Below are positions 9,606 to 19,757 of a DNA stretch of 64,000 bases, in pieces (the first letter of the stretch is position 1; every line of letters begins with the position of its first letter). The DNA is taken from sequence record NC_048747.1. One strand, given 5' to 3'. Under the pieces are notes generated by a model, which worked only from the letters and a program-made list of their open reading frames with translations, had not been told where the DNA came from and did no database searches. Position numbers and translations under genes: made by a program.

Positions 9606-10700
9606 TTATTTGTTAGTGACAGGGTGAATCTGTGAACCTACCAAATCCACAGCCGCCGATAGAACACTTAGATAATAGTTCAACGGAATGGTAACCGACT
9701 TATGTTGGTAGTTCACCAACCAGCGATAGTACTTCAGAATCTCTTCTTTGGACTTCTCTGGGTATAACTTCACGCCGTCCGCCAAAGGCTGGATGGAGCG
9801 TTTAAAGTTATTAGCAAAGCTTCGCTGTGACTTGTGTGCTTTCTCAACGTCCATTAAACACACATCCATTTTGAGGATGAGTCGTTGAACGGTGTCCGCA
9901 CTAGGGACAAACGATTCTGGGATGATCGGGGAGACTTTAGTTTGGAAGTATTCCGTTAAGGTGAAGCCATTAAAACCACGAGCAGGATTACTCACTGCTT
10001 TCATGGTTTGGAAGCCTGACGGGAAAGCGATTTCGTAAACGTTGTCTTTAATACGTTTACCACCCATACCAGAAACGTAACTGGTCACTAGGGAGTCCGA
10101 GAAATTCAACAACTGAGCACGAGTAACGTCTGAAGGGAAAGCACGGGTCAGACTTGCAATTTGAGTTTGCTGAGACATCATGGAGGCATAGAACTTCTGT
10201 GCCGCTTCTACTGACTTAACTGCAAAGTCTGGGGAACTTGGAATGTTCGGTCTTGTTGCGAGTTTCACTACACTGCGTGGATAACGACAGTCTTTCAGTT
10301 TAATCCCGTTGTCGTTGAACGAGTACTTCATTCTGGTGATTCGTCGTCGTAACGTGGATACTCGGTTAAAGACGTAGTCCGCAATCCAGTTGAATATATC
10401 CATGGCTTTACGAAGTAACCACTGGACGCCGGCTTTCACAGAATCCATGAAGTTCTCTAAACCTTCCATAGGTAATTCGAGACTGTTCATTCCGGATAAG
10501 GTGTGGAAAGCCTTGACCTTGTTTAGACTTTTCTCTAAGTCTTCACCACTCACTGGGAGATCTGGTTCCAGCGTCCCTTGGTCTTTAGGATCCAACGGTT
10601 TGTCCGCTTCCCTTAAAGCTGCATCCGTACCACTTTTAGTCTCATCATATTTAGACTTGACTGTGGATAATTGGGCTGGAGCTTCACTGGTTTTGTTCAT
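9606..10700 (-). CDS. Internal head protein paralog
   Basis: EGLE-NFMDSVK box shared with neighbouring paralogs. Confidence 0.7.
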   Translation of the reverse strand: MNKTSEAPAQLSTVKSKYDETKSGTDAALREADKPLDPKDQGTLEPDLPVSGEDLEKSLNKVKAFHTLSGMNSLELPMEGLENFMDSVKAGVQWLLRKAMDIFNWIADYVFNRVSTLRRRITRMKYSFNDNGIKLKDCRYPRSVVKLATRPNIPSSPDFAVKSVEAAQKFYASMMSQQTQIASLTRAFPSDVTRAQLLNFSDSLVTSYVSGMGGKRIKDNVYEIAFPSGFQTMKAVSNPARGFNGFTLTEYFQTKVSPIIPESFVPSADTVQRLILKMDVCLMDVEKAHKSQRSFANNFKRSIQPLADGVKLYPEKSKEEILKYYRWLVNYQHKSVTIPLNYYLSVLSAAVDLVGSQIHPVTNK

Positions 10701-10734
10701 TATGTTAACCTCTAAATTAAGGAGAACGTGAAGA

Positions 10735-10764
10735 AATCGGAGAGAGCCTAAGCCCTCCCCGATT
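10735..10764 (-). terminator. Terminator hairpin, UUAG loop
   Basis: AATCGGGGAGGGC-TTAG-GCTCTCTCCGATT followed by TTCTT. Confidence 0.7.
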
Positions 10765-10793
10765 ATCAGTATCTAACCCACTCGGGAGTTGGA

Positions 10794-12032
10794 TTATAGG
10801 TAAGCTTTAACCGCTGCTAGTTTAGCATCAGCTACGTTACCTAGGATACGAGCACCAACTGTGAAGATCTTGTTAGTCATCGCTGTAGAAGCTTTAACAG
10901 CATTGATTGCAGGTTTCACCCACTCTTCTTCTTTGCCGTCAAGTTTCTTGATAGCTGCAACTAGTTCGTCACGGCCTTTCTCGTTACCAGACTTAGACTC
11001 TTTAAGTTCTGATAGACGTTTGCCAGCTTTACCAGCTTCAGTTAGGTAAGCGCTTGCTTTAGATTTGTCTAGAGCTTCGAACTTAACGTCACCAGACTTG
11101 TCAGCAGAGAAGCTTAGAGAAGTCGCTTTAGCTGCTTTAGATACGTCAGCTTGCTCTTTGATCTCACCAGTGTAAACGCTTGCTGTGATCATCACTGCAC
11201 CAACTTTGATTTGGTGAGTTTCTTTGTCGCCAGACTTAGACTTGTTAGAGTCGCCAGTAGACGCCAGACCTTCAACTGCTGACTTAAGGTTGCCGTAAGC
11301 TGAAGCGTAACCAGCAACGTCGTTAGTAGACAGTTTCTGAGCCGCAGATACAACAGCGTCAGCTGAAGTGATCAGACGTTCGATCTTAGAAGTGTCAGTG
11401 ATCTTAGCTAGAGAAGCCCACTTACCAGGTTTCACGTCTTTCTTCAACTCTTCTGCTTTATCCAGACGAGCTTTAGTCGCTTTAACTTGGTTTTCGATCG
11501 CTACAGACTTGTCAAGTAGACCTTTAACAAAGTTCTTAGCTGCTTCGTACATGCTCATGATGAACTTAACTGCTGAGTCTTTGTATTGCTTCATTGTTTC
11601 TGTGAAGCCTTCTAGACCTGAGCGTGCCGCAAGACCTGCTGAAGTTGCGTCACCTAGTGCTTCTGCGCCAACTACTGCGCCAGTGTCTTTACCACCAAGT
11701 TTGCGGTGAATTTTTTCTGCGCGGTTGTAAAGGATGCCGAACGCTGCTGCATTGTAAGAACCAGCTTGTAGTAGAGATTCAAGACCTTCTACACACTCTT
11801 CTAGTTCTTCAACGTCTTCTTCGATCTCTTCAATCGCTTCAGAAACTTCTTCAACTTCGTCAGCTAGATCGTTGACTTCTTCTTTTACTTCTTCCGCAGC
11901 TTTGTCTGCAACCAGCTCAGCTACTTCTTCTGCTGTCTTTTCAGCGATTTCTTCAACTTGCGAAGCATCAGCTGCGCTAAGAGATTCCATGCCGGCTACT
12001 TGAGACATAAGCATATTACGAATGTGAGACAT
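10794..12032 (-). CDS. Internal head protein paralog, likely abundant
   Basis: AGME-S, acidic propeptide, EGLE-S, SGLE-GFTETMK box; strongly biased codons. Confidence 0.75.
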   Translation of the reverse strand: MSHIRNMLMSQVAGMESLSAADASQVEEIAEKTAEEVAELVADKAAEEVKEEVNDLADEVEEVSEAIEEIEEDVEELEECVEGLESLLQAGSYNAAAFGILYNRAEKIHRKLGGKDTGAVVGAEALGDATSAGLAARSGLEGFTETMKQYKDSAVKFIMSMYEAAKNFVKGLLDKSVAIENQVKATKARLDKAEELKKDVKPGKWASLAKITDTSKIERLITSADAVVSAAQKLSTNDVAGYASAYGNLKSAVEGLASTGDSNKSKSGDKETHQIKVGAVMITASVYTGEIKEQADVSKAAKATSLSFSADKSGDVKFEALDKSKASAYLTEAGKAGKRLSELKESKSGNEKGRDELVAAIKKLDGKEEEWVKPAINAVKASTAMTNKIFTVGARILGNVADAKLAAVKAYL

Positions 12033-12198
12033 AACAATGTTCCTTTAATATATTTAGTCGTTTTGACTAGAAGATTTAATTAAATTTTCTAAACACTACA
12101 GTTTAAACTGTAATGAAAGTGTGGTACTACAGTACTATAGTATCCCACATATAATTACGGCAATACCACGTTAGAAGAGACGAGCTCACATACAATAC

Positions 12199-13467
12199 TT
12201 AGATATGCGCTTTCAATAAATCACACTTAGCTTCAACTAAATTGAAAATTAAACGCTCTGTATGAGTGATGATTTTACGCTTCGTAGAAAGTGCACTCGT
12301 TAACTTAGTTTTGTTCATACCACCTGTGCCCGAGTTAATGACACCGATTAAACGGTCACGTTCACTGCGTAGGCCGGAATGCATTTTCTCGAAATTGTTT
12401 TTGGTGTTTTCAACAAACTTAAGAAGGGAGCGTAATTCGGTGACCAAATTACGAGGATCTTTGTAAATCGCTTTAGTCGTAGTTTCTTTACCGTCGGCAT
12501 TTTGTTCAGAGTACATACCAAAGGCTTTGAAGACATCTAACGATTCATTCTGAGCATGAGGGACTGTGTAAGTCACTTTGACGTTAGCAATATCAAACTG
12601 GTAAGATTCGATCTGTTTAGATGCATCAGGACTAAGCTTCTTCATAGGTAATTGAGTGATTGCCTCAGTTAACGCTTTAACACTGCCTAGGTCGATGGTT
12701 TTAGCGTTAGGGTCTTGTTCCATTACAACATCAACAAGTGAGACAGGTGCAACATTTAATGCCACACCCAACAGACGGAATAACGACACCGTATCAAAAA
12801 CCGGTTTGTTAGCAACGTCTAACCAACGGTCCCATTTACCCAACTTAATCTCATCTTTAAGATCAGTTGCTTTATCAGCTTTAACGATAGCGTGTTTGAT
12901 TTTTTCTGACAGGCTACTGAACTGACCAATCCAACCTGTTACCAACTCCATCAGGTAACGGAAGACAGAGATAACCACATCCTTGGCTTTGGTACTGGCT
13001 TCTTTCACAGAATCCATGAAACCTTCTAGACCATTACGAGTCTCGAGGTAGATCGACGCTGTAGTCATCGATTCCATACCATCGAGCTTAACCGGCAACT
13101 CAACGCCCGCACGTTTTGCACAACGCTCTGCATGACGCATGAGGTGGTTATAAGCAGTTTGAGAGAACTCACCTTCGAATAAAGCTTCAACACCCGCCAC
13201 AGCTTCACCTAGGTCGGTTAACGCTTGTTCTTGCTTTTCTTCTTGCTCGATGTAAGTTTCAGCGAGTTTAGAAGACTCTTCAACATCACTGGTTGCTTCA
13301 GCTAATGCTTGATTAATTTTTTGTCCAACGACTGCTTCATCTGGAGTTAATTCAGAGTCACCAGTAAAGACGTTTTCAATGATGTGGTTTTGGAGATCAG
13401 TGGTCATCTCCTCAGCAGACATGGATTCTAGTCCAGCCAGAGCTGCTAATTTAAAACGTGTGTTCAT
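12199..13467 (-). CDS. Internal head protein paralog (start revised to MNTRFK)
   Basis: AAGGAAACTATA-ATG at 13467; AGLE-S, AGVE-A, DGME-S, NGLE-GFMDSVK. Confidence 0.75.
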   Translation of the reverse strand: MNTRFKLAALAGLESMSAEEMTTDLQNHIIENVFTGDSELTPDEAVVGQKINQALAEATSDVEESSKLAETYIEQEEKQEQALTDLGEAVAGVEALFEGEFSQTAYNHLMRHAERCAKRAGVELPVKLDGMESMTTASIYLETRNGLEGFMDSVKEASTKAKDVVISVFRYLMELVTGWIGQFSSLSEKIKHAIVKADKATDLKDEIKLGKWDRWLDVANKPVFDTVSLFRLLGVALNVAPVSLVDVVMEQDPNAKTIDLGSVKALTEAITQLPMKKLSPDASKQIESYQFDIANVKVTYTVPHAQNESLDVFKAFGMYSEQNADGKETTTKAIYKDPRNLVTELRSLLKFVENTKNNFEKMHSGLRSERDRLIGVINSGTGGMNKTKLTSALSTKRKIITHTERLIFNLVEAKCDLLKAHI

Positions 13468-13540
13468 TATAGTTTCCTTCATGAAGTTTACTAAGATCAC
13501 GTCTGACCTTATCTTAGAACATTCGTAAACATCCTAAGAT

Positions 13541-13564
13541 AAGGTAGGTGAGAACACCTACCTT
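13541..13564 (-). terminator. Terminator-like hairpin
   Basis: aaggtaggtg-agaa-cacctacctt, 10-bp stem after the 13574 stop. Confidence 0.65.
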
Positions 13565-13573
13565 AGAGTACAC

Positions 13574-14743
13574 TTACTTAATGCAAGCGGAAATGTAGTC
13601 CGCCGCCGCTTTGGCGTATTTTAAACGCTGACCGGTAACGTAAGTCAGAATGGTTGTCACAAATCTTGACTGTGCTCGCAAAAGATCACGTATGTTAGGT
13701 TCTAGGTCTTTTGAAGTCTTAGCAACTTCACGTTCACCTTTTTTAGCAATAGACTCTTGCTCGAAAACCTCTTCAGTGATGCTTTTAACATGTTTGGCTA
13801 GCGATAAGAAACCTGATTTTGGCATGGCCGGGCGGAACGTTTCTTGGTTAGAAGCGTAGTCCACTTTGAAGTCGTGTTTTCGGAAGCTACGGTAGAATTC
13901 CAGGGCTTCCTTTACGGTCTCTGGTCTTGCGCTTAGGTACTCCAAATCCAAACCTTCTTTAGAGAAGACACGAACCATCTTACCTTTTTCAGTCTTGGTG
14001 GTTTCGGACAGTTTAGAAGTGAAACTCGTAAGAGTATCATGAATGTGTTTGGCGTTTGCGACTAGACCGTCCTCTGTTTCTTTTGGGACGATGGAAGAAA
14101 CCAGCCTTTTACTGATTTCTTGAATAGGAGTGGTGCGACCATTAGAGAACATAGTCATGTAACCTGTCCACGAACCGTATTTAACTTCTTCTTTGATTTC
14201 AGTTTCGTCAGCCTCTAGCTTTCTAACCAATTTATCCATGCGAGTGCTTAGTCGTTTAGCTGAGTTAGTCTTCTCAATAAAGAAAGCAACCAGACGCTCC
14301 CACAAAGCCTTTAAAAATTTCCAAGTATCATCCGCACCTTTCTTTAAGGTGTCCATGAATGATTCACATCCAACGATCATGTGGGCTTCTAAAGTGCGAG
14401 CGTCCACTGACTCCATTCCTGCTCGAGGTTGGGTAGATGTCCCGCCTAACTTAACATGAATGCGGTCCGCAAGATTGTAGAGTAAGACCATAGCTTGAGG
14501 GTTCGGGTGTTGTTTAAGGAACTCCAAACCTTCAACGTGCTCTGAGAGTTCTTGACGAAGTTCATCTTCAACTATCGCGCGCTCTCCCATCTCTTGAATT
14601 TCTTTTTCAAGTTCTTTTGCTTCGTTTTCGACTTTTTGTTCAGCCACTTCTTCAACTAGATCGACAATCTCTTCTTTAGTCATGTCCAGTGCTTCAGTAC
14701 CCATTACTTGTGCTCTTAGGCGAGCCGCCTTATCAAATTTCAT
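13574..14743 (-). CDS. Internal head protein paralog
   Basis: MGTE-A, EGLE-F, AGME-S, VGCE-SFMDTLK; same layout as neighbours. Confidence 0.75.
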   Translation of the reverse strand: MKFDKAARLRAQVMGTEALDMTKEEIVDLVEEVAEQKVENEAKELEKEIQEMGERAIVEDELRQELSEHVEGLEFLKQHPNPQAMVLLYNLADRIHVKLGGTSTQPRAGMESVDARTLEAHMIVGCESFMDTLKKGADDTWKFLKALWERLVAFFIEKTNSAKRLSTRMDKLVRKLEADETEIKEEVKYGSWTGYMTMFSNGRTTPIQEISKRLVSSIVPKETEDGLVANAKHIHDTLTSFTSKLSETTKTEKGKMVRVFSKEGLDLEYLSARPETVKEALEFYRSFRKHDFKVDYASNQETFRPAMPKSGFLSLAKHVKSITEEVFEQESIAKKGEREVAKTSKDLEPNIRDLLRAQSRFVTTILTYVTGQRLKYAKAAADYISACIK

Positions 14744-14776
14744 TATTAAACCTTAATGACTTTACAAATAAAAAAT

Positions 14777-14803
14777 AAACTGTGGTTCTAGGAACCACAG
14801 TTT
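14777..14803 (-). terminator. Intrinsic terminator
   Basis: 12-bp stem aaactgtggttc/gaaccacagttt followed by a U-rich tract on the mRNA. Confidence 0.8.
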
Positions 14804-14814
14804 AATAGAAGAGA

Positions 14815-16080
14815 TTAGAAGTGAGCTTTAACCGCTTGTAACTTAGCACTATCTACGCTAGAAACAATACGACAGAAGTTGTTCACTAGCTGACTGTGCT
14901 TCGCTACCAGACGCTTAAGTGCGGAGATAAAGACTTTAGTCGCTTTATCGTCTGAACCTTCTTTAGGGCCCTGTTTGAGTTTGTTGATGATGCTGTCAAC
15001 TGTAGATTTAAGACCTTCTACATCAACCTTCAATTTCTTGATAATTTCTGCATGTTTAACAACAGAATCAAGAATACCACCAACTTCACCTTTGGAGAAC
15101 ATAGCGGGAGCTTCACCTGATAACTTAGTGCCTTCAAGGGTGTTCATGTGAGAACCTGCTTCCACGTTAAATTGGAACGCTGCGATTGCTTTATCAACAG
15201 TCTCGCCTTTGAAGTCATCTTTATTAGGTACAATCCACTGAACGAAGTTAGTACCGTTTGTAGTACGACCCTTACCAGCAGTCCAAGGGGAGCCAGACTT
15301 CTTGATAGCTGCTTCGAATTTGTCTGCTAGACTCGTTACTTTACCAAGTAGTTTATCGTTATCTTCAGCCGAAACAGATGTGACGTCTGTCATTTCTTTT
15401 AGTAAGTTACCAAACTCAGGGATAACACCACTGACATCAGCGATTACCTTATCCATGCTATCGACCTTACCATTGAACCAACGGTTCCAACCACCTAGTT
15501 TGATTGGTGTGCGAAGTTCTTTACCATCCACTTCGGCTTTAAGTTTCTTGGCTTTTTCAGATTGATCCGTTGCAAAACTGAAGAGTTTCTTAACAGCATC
15601 AACTAACGCATAGAAAATGTTCTTAACAAAAGAGGATGTTGTATCGTAAGCTTTCTTCATGGTTTCCATGAAACCTTCACAGCCTGTAACAACTGCTGCG
15701 CGGTAAGCGTCGTCACTAGCAAGACTTTCGTTACCTGCAACTTGCTCAGGCTCTGCACCACCAAGACCAGCGTTTAGACGCTGTGCACGACGGTAAAGAA
15801 CGTTCATAGTAGCACGGTTCAGTTCAGGTAGCTTAGCAAGCATTTCCAGACCTTCAACTACTTCTTCTAGTTCTTCAACTTCGTCTTGAACTTCTTCAAC
15901 AACTTCAGCGATCTCATTGATCTCTTTCGAGTTCTCATTGATCTCGTTGGTCATTTGTTGGTGTGCTACTTCGTTAGCAAGCTCGTGAGCTTCTTCAGCA
16001 GTCATTTCGACTGGAGCTGGTGTACCTAGGTCTTCCATTCCCGCTTGAAGCGCTAACATTTCTTTGATTCGAAGAGACAT
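14815..16080 (-). CDS. Internal head protein paralog
   Basis: AGME-D, EGLE-M, AGNE-S, TGCE-GFMETMK; N-terminal half visibly parallels 10794..12032. Confidence 0.75.
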   Translation of the reverse strand: MSLRIKEMLALQAGMEDLGTPAPVEMTAEEAHELANEVAHQQMTNEINENSKEINEIAEVVEEVQDEVEELEEVVEGLEMLAKLPELNRATMNVLYRRAQRLNAGLGGAEPEQVAGNESLASDDAYRAAVVTGCEGFMETMKKAYDTTSSFVKNIFYALVDAVKKLFSFATDQSEKAKKLKAEVDGKELRTPIKLGGWNRWFNGKVDSMDKVIADVSGVIPEFGNLLKEMTDVTSVSAEDNDKLLGKVTSLADKFEAAIKKSGSPWTAGKGRTTNGTNFVQWIVPNKDDFKGETVDKAIAAFQFNVEAGSHMNTLEGTKLSGEAPAMFSKGEVGGILDSVVKHAEIIKKLKVDVEGLKSTVDSIINKLKQGPKEGSDDKATKVFISALKRLVAKHSQLVNNFCRIVSSVDSAKLQAVKAHF

Positions 16081-16106
16081 ACTAATGTTTCCTTTGTTTA
16101 TGAAAG

Positions 16107-16129
16107 TAGGGGAGTCGACTGACTCCCTA
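16107..16129 (-). terminator. Terminator-like hairpin
   Basis: gggagtc-gact-gactccc between 16139 and 16080. Confidence 0.6.
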
Positions 16130-16138
16130 ATATTAAAT

Positions 16139-17092
16139 TTATTTCAGGACAACGGTCACTAAATCGTTACCTTGATTTACGTAATGATTTAAATAGGCAA
16201 TCAGTCGAGGAAGGAACGTCGTATAAAATTCCACCTGGGATGAATTGAGTGCCATGTGACTCACTAATTGGTTGTTAACCGATTTACTCACGCCTTCAGT
16301 TTTATCCAGATGACTTTGGACATCTTTAACCGTACCACTCCATTCTTTCAAGAACTTAGCGTAGCGGTTAATCATCTCACTCAAAGATTTCTGCTGAGTA
16401 TTCACCCAACGCATCTGAGTCAAGAATTTGTTTAACTGATCTTTACTGAACTCAAAGGTCTGTTCACCTTCAGAATCACCCGTTCCGTCCAAGATGAACT
16501 TCACTGGGTTCTCAGTACAACGAATGCGTTTACCGCCTGGGAGTAGTTCAGAGTGATAACCGTCTTCATCTTTAGCGCGCAGTTTTAAAACAGGGAATTT
16601 AACCATGCCAAGCTTAGTGGTGATCTCGGTCAGCTTAGCATTATCTTTAGCAGACTTGCTAGCTTTTAGAAGTGTATTAATTTCACTTCCGTAACTCTCC
16701 AGCTCGCTTTGATAACGCATTACCGTTGAGATTGTATCACTTAATGTCTTTTGATCACTAAGTAAGTGAGAAAGCTCGTTGTCGATGGTGAGGTCTGAAA
16801 TCAGTTTACCTGAGACCTTGACCTCATGAAGTTCAGCTGATTTAGCTCGAGACATCAGTGAACTGATCACCCCATCGTTAGAACCTAACGCTTTAGCCGT
16901 TAAACGTGCTACAGTATTAGCGCCCAACATGAAACGGTTAGCGAGCTTGCCATCAGACAACCCATCCACCTGCTCGGCTTTAGAACCACCTAGACCGATG
17001 GCGTCACGGATGTCACTGAATAACGACTCTTCACCTGCTAGCCCGCGGAACGCCAATTGCAGTTGTTCTGGTGTGTACTCAGTTTCATCCAT
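16139..17092 (-). CDS. Internal head protein (short propeptide)
   Basis: LAGEE-SLFSDIR near the N-terminus; ELLPGGKRI segment typical of this family. Confidence 0.6.
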   Translation of the reverse strand: MDETEYTPEQLQLAFRGLAGEESLFSDIRDAIGLGGSKAEQVDGLSDGKLANRFMLGANTVARLTAKALGSNDGVISSLMSRAKSAELHEVKVSGKLISDLTIDNELSHLLSDQKTLSDTISTVMRYQSELESYGSEINTLLKASKSAKDNAKLTEITTKLGMVKFPVLKLRAKDEDGYHSELLPGGKRIRCTENPVKFILDGTGDSEGEQTFEFSKDQLNKFLTQMRWVNTQQKSLSEMINRYAKFLKEWSGTVKDVQSHLDKTEGVSKSVNNQLVSHMALNSSQVEFYTTFLPRLIAYLNHYVNQGNDLVTVVLK

Positions 17093-18378
17093 TATGGTTG
17101 CTCCATCGATTGTTCACAAACGTTCAAGATCGCATTCATAACTAGTGTGGTGTATTTCACCACATCTGAACGCATGCGGACCTGTTCGTTATTACGAGCT
17201 AGGATCAAAGCAATAAACGCGTCACCAATTGAAGCCTTCACTGATTCTGACCAACTAACGTCACTCAGCATGGCGAGCATTTTCTTATACTCACTGCCGT
17301 CCACTAAGTAGCGATCACCTTCCTTGAACAAACCTTCTACATCTTTCAACGTAGAGAACACGCTACGGATAGCTTTATCGGTTTGTGCTTGGTCGAACGC
17401 TGGTAGGGTCACTTCACCGTCTTGTCGAGTTTGGACTTCCAACTTGATGGTTTCGTGTTTGCGGTAAAGTTCAATCCACGACTTAACACCTTCTAAGTCA
17501 ATACGTTCTTTACGGTCCACAAGGAAAGTATTGATGTATTGACGATCACCTAACAATTTAACGCTACCACGAGTCTGGTAGATGTCGTTAGACTGCTCGC
17601 GGATGTTAAACATGGCTTCTTTAAACTGATACTTAGATAAAGTGCCAGGGAGCATTAGGAGGCGTTTAATCGCAGCTTCTTCATCCAGTCCAGCAAACCC
17701 ACCAAAGTAAGAGATCATCTCATTTGTGTTGGCTTGGTTAGCTCGATAGAAGTTACTCGTAATAGCACGAGTAGTGGCAACGAAACGGGTGATCTGGTTT
17801 TGAAGATCTTCGGGTACTTTGTTGTTTAACAACAATACTCGGTTAGCGCCACCTAGGGTGATCTCACCTTCTTTGAAAACCGTCTTACGATCGTTCACCA
17901 AAGTTTGGAGTAACTTAGCACGCTTAGTGAGTGTGTCGTGTCCGTCTTTCATTAAGACTAGCTGTTCCAACACTTCGTTATAGAAACGTTTAGTGATGTT
18001 ACGGCTCCAGTCCATGAATTCAGTCAAGAAAGATTCACACGCTGCAATACGGGTTTCTAGGTAACGCTTAGGTGTTAACCCCATACCTAGAGACTCAACA
18101 CCCGCAACTTCATCTTTATCACCAAAGCTACGGACACCCACGCGTTCTAGCTGACGGTCCATGATGTTACCAAACAACTGAGTAACATCTTTAGGTTCTG
18201 TTTCACCTAGCACAGTCTTTACCGCTTCTACACGATCGATCGCATTCGTGATCTCGTCTTGCAGTTTAACTAGGTCACGACCTTCACGGGCTTGTTCGGC
18301 CAGCTCAGACGAGCTGACCACACTTAGTGCTGCTAATTCATTGTTCACATCTTCACTAGGCATATGCTGATTCTCCAT
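17092..18378 (-). CDS. Internal head protein, gp93-like
   Basis: AGVE-S and AACE-SFLTEF; LLGDRQYI segment; first gene of the array. Confidence 0.65.
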   Translation of the reverse strand: MENQHMPSEDVNNELAALSVVSSSELAEQAREGRDLVKLQDEITNAIDRVEAVKTVLGETEPKDVTQLFGNIMDRQLERVGVRSFGDKDEVAGVESLGMGLTPKRYLETRIAACESFLTEFMDWSRNITKRFYNEVLEQLVLMKDGHDTLTKRAKLLQTLVNDRKTVFKEGEITLGGANRVLLLNNKVPEDLQNQITRFVATTRAITSNFYRANQANTNEMISYFGGFAGLDEEAAIKRLLMLPGTLSKYQFKEAMFNIREQSNDIYQTRGSVKLLGDRQYINTFLVDRKERIDLEGVKSWIELYRKHETIKLEVQTRQDGEVTLPAFDQAQTDKAIRSVFSTLKDVEGLFKEGDRYLVDGSEYKKMLAMLSDVSWSESVKASIGDAFIALILARNNEQVRMRSDVVKYTTLVMNAILNVCEQSMEQP

Positions 18379-18865
18379 TAAAGGTGATCAACATACGAGC
18401 GAACATCTGAGGACCAATACCTTCGATCAAACGGTAAACGTCTTCATGGTGAAGGTGACGGATTACATCTTCTATTTCATCCAAGTTACGACGATCCACA
18501 TTAGGGATCGCGGCTTTGATGTATTTGAGTTCCGTAGTGGTAACCAGTTGTTCGTCCGCAGTGATTGCTTGCTCTAGAGTACGAGCAGAGATCTTACCGT
18601 TAAGGAAGAACACGATGTTACGCATTAGACGAGCACGACGACCTGCACCGCGTTCGTAGTTAGCCATCACCCAATGCTTGAAGTCTTTACCAGTGATCTT
18701 ATCACCCATCTCTAAGACTTCCTGGATTGACGCTGGATCAATCATCATCTCCATGTCTTGCGAACTTTGTACGTAAGCACGAAGGATACCATTGATCACC
18801 GTTAGCGTCGGGTCCAGTAAACGACTATCCACGTAGCCGTATGCAACTTTACGAAAGTCACTCAT
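18356..18865 (-). CDS. Conserved hypothetical protein (phiKZ gp91/92 position)
   Basis: 169 aa; synteny. Confidence 0.55.
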   Translation of the reverse strand: MSDFRKVAYGYVDSRLLDPTLTVINGILRAYVQSSQDMEMMIDPASIQEVLEMGDKITGKDFKHWVMANYERGAGRRARLMRNIVFFLNGKISARTLEQAITADEQLVTTTELKYIKAAIPNVDRRNLDEIEDVIRHLHHEDVYRLIEGIGPQMFARMLITFNGESAYA

Positions 18866-18875
18866 TACTTACCCC

Positions 18876-19757
18876 TTAAGCGTAGCGTTGTTCGATTTCT
18901 TCCATCTTAGCTTGCGCCTTGATGATGCGTTCTTCAAGCAACTCGATCATTTTCTCGTTGGCAGGAGACGGTTCTTGGTTTTGAAGATCTTGGTAGTAAC
19001 TGATCTTTTGTGCGTTCGACTCAATGGAGTTTTGTTGTGACTCATACTGATGTAGAGCAAATTCCATTTTAAGTAGCGAGTACCAGTAACCCGGGTTTAG
19101 TGAGTGAGGACCAAAGTTACGCGTTTGCATAACTAGTACTGAATCTTTACCCTTAGTTTCAGTCAGTACGTCAACAGTTTGTTCGTCTGCCACGATCTTA
19201 GGTGCTGAACGGTAACGCTTGTGAATGATACCGCCACGTTCAAATAGTAAGTAAGTCAGCTCACCAAACTTAGCCATGTTCTTACTTAAGAACTCTAGAT
19301 CAGGTTTTTGAGCAACTTGTTCTGCTTTCTTACCTTTAACCATCATTGATGTAAACATGTTCATCAAACGAGATAGGTAGTCTACCCAGAACGCAATGTA
19401 AGTATCTAGCATCAACGCGTTAAGTTCGCGGATAGTCGCTGTTTCTTTACCAATCACACCAGGACCTGCATTGAAGTCTTTTTCTAGTGTTTCAAGGATA
19501 GCCAGTGAGTTACGAATAGCGCCTTCAACGATACTTTCCATTGCGATAGATTTGTTAACCGGACCACGCATCTCTTTGAAAAGAGCAGGAGCCAGTTTCC
19601 AACCTTCCATTGCCTTGCTTAATGGAATGCCTTCGCTTTGTAGTAGACGTAAGTTGTCGTGAGCACCTTCGATGTAATCGCGGTGACCTTTAACCACTTT
19701 AACGATGTCGGCTTTCTTTACCGGCTTTAGGTTATTTTTAAATTCTAGGATTTCCAT
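18876..19757 (-). CDS. Head/inner-body protein, phiKZ gp90-like
   Basis: 293 aa, coiled-coil C-terminus, NFGPHSLNPGY segment; synteny. Confidence 0.6.
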   Translation of the reverse strand: MEILEFKNNLKPVKKADIVKVVKGHRDYIEGAHDNLRLLQSEGIPLSKAMEGWKLAPALFKEMRGPVNKSIAMESIVEGAIRNSLAILETLEKDFNAGPGVIGKETATIRELNALMLDTYIAFWVDYLSRLMNMFTSMMVKGKKAEQVAQKPDLEFLSKNMAKFGELTYLLFERGGIIHKRYRSAPKIVADEQTVDVLTETKGKDSVLVMQTRNFGPHSLNPGYWYSLLKMEFALHQYESQQNSIESNAQKISYYQDLQNQEPSPANEKMIELLEERIIKAQAKMEEIEQRYA

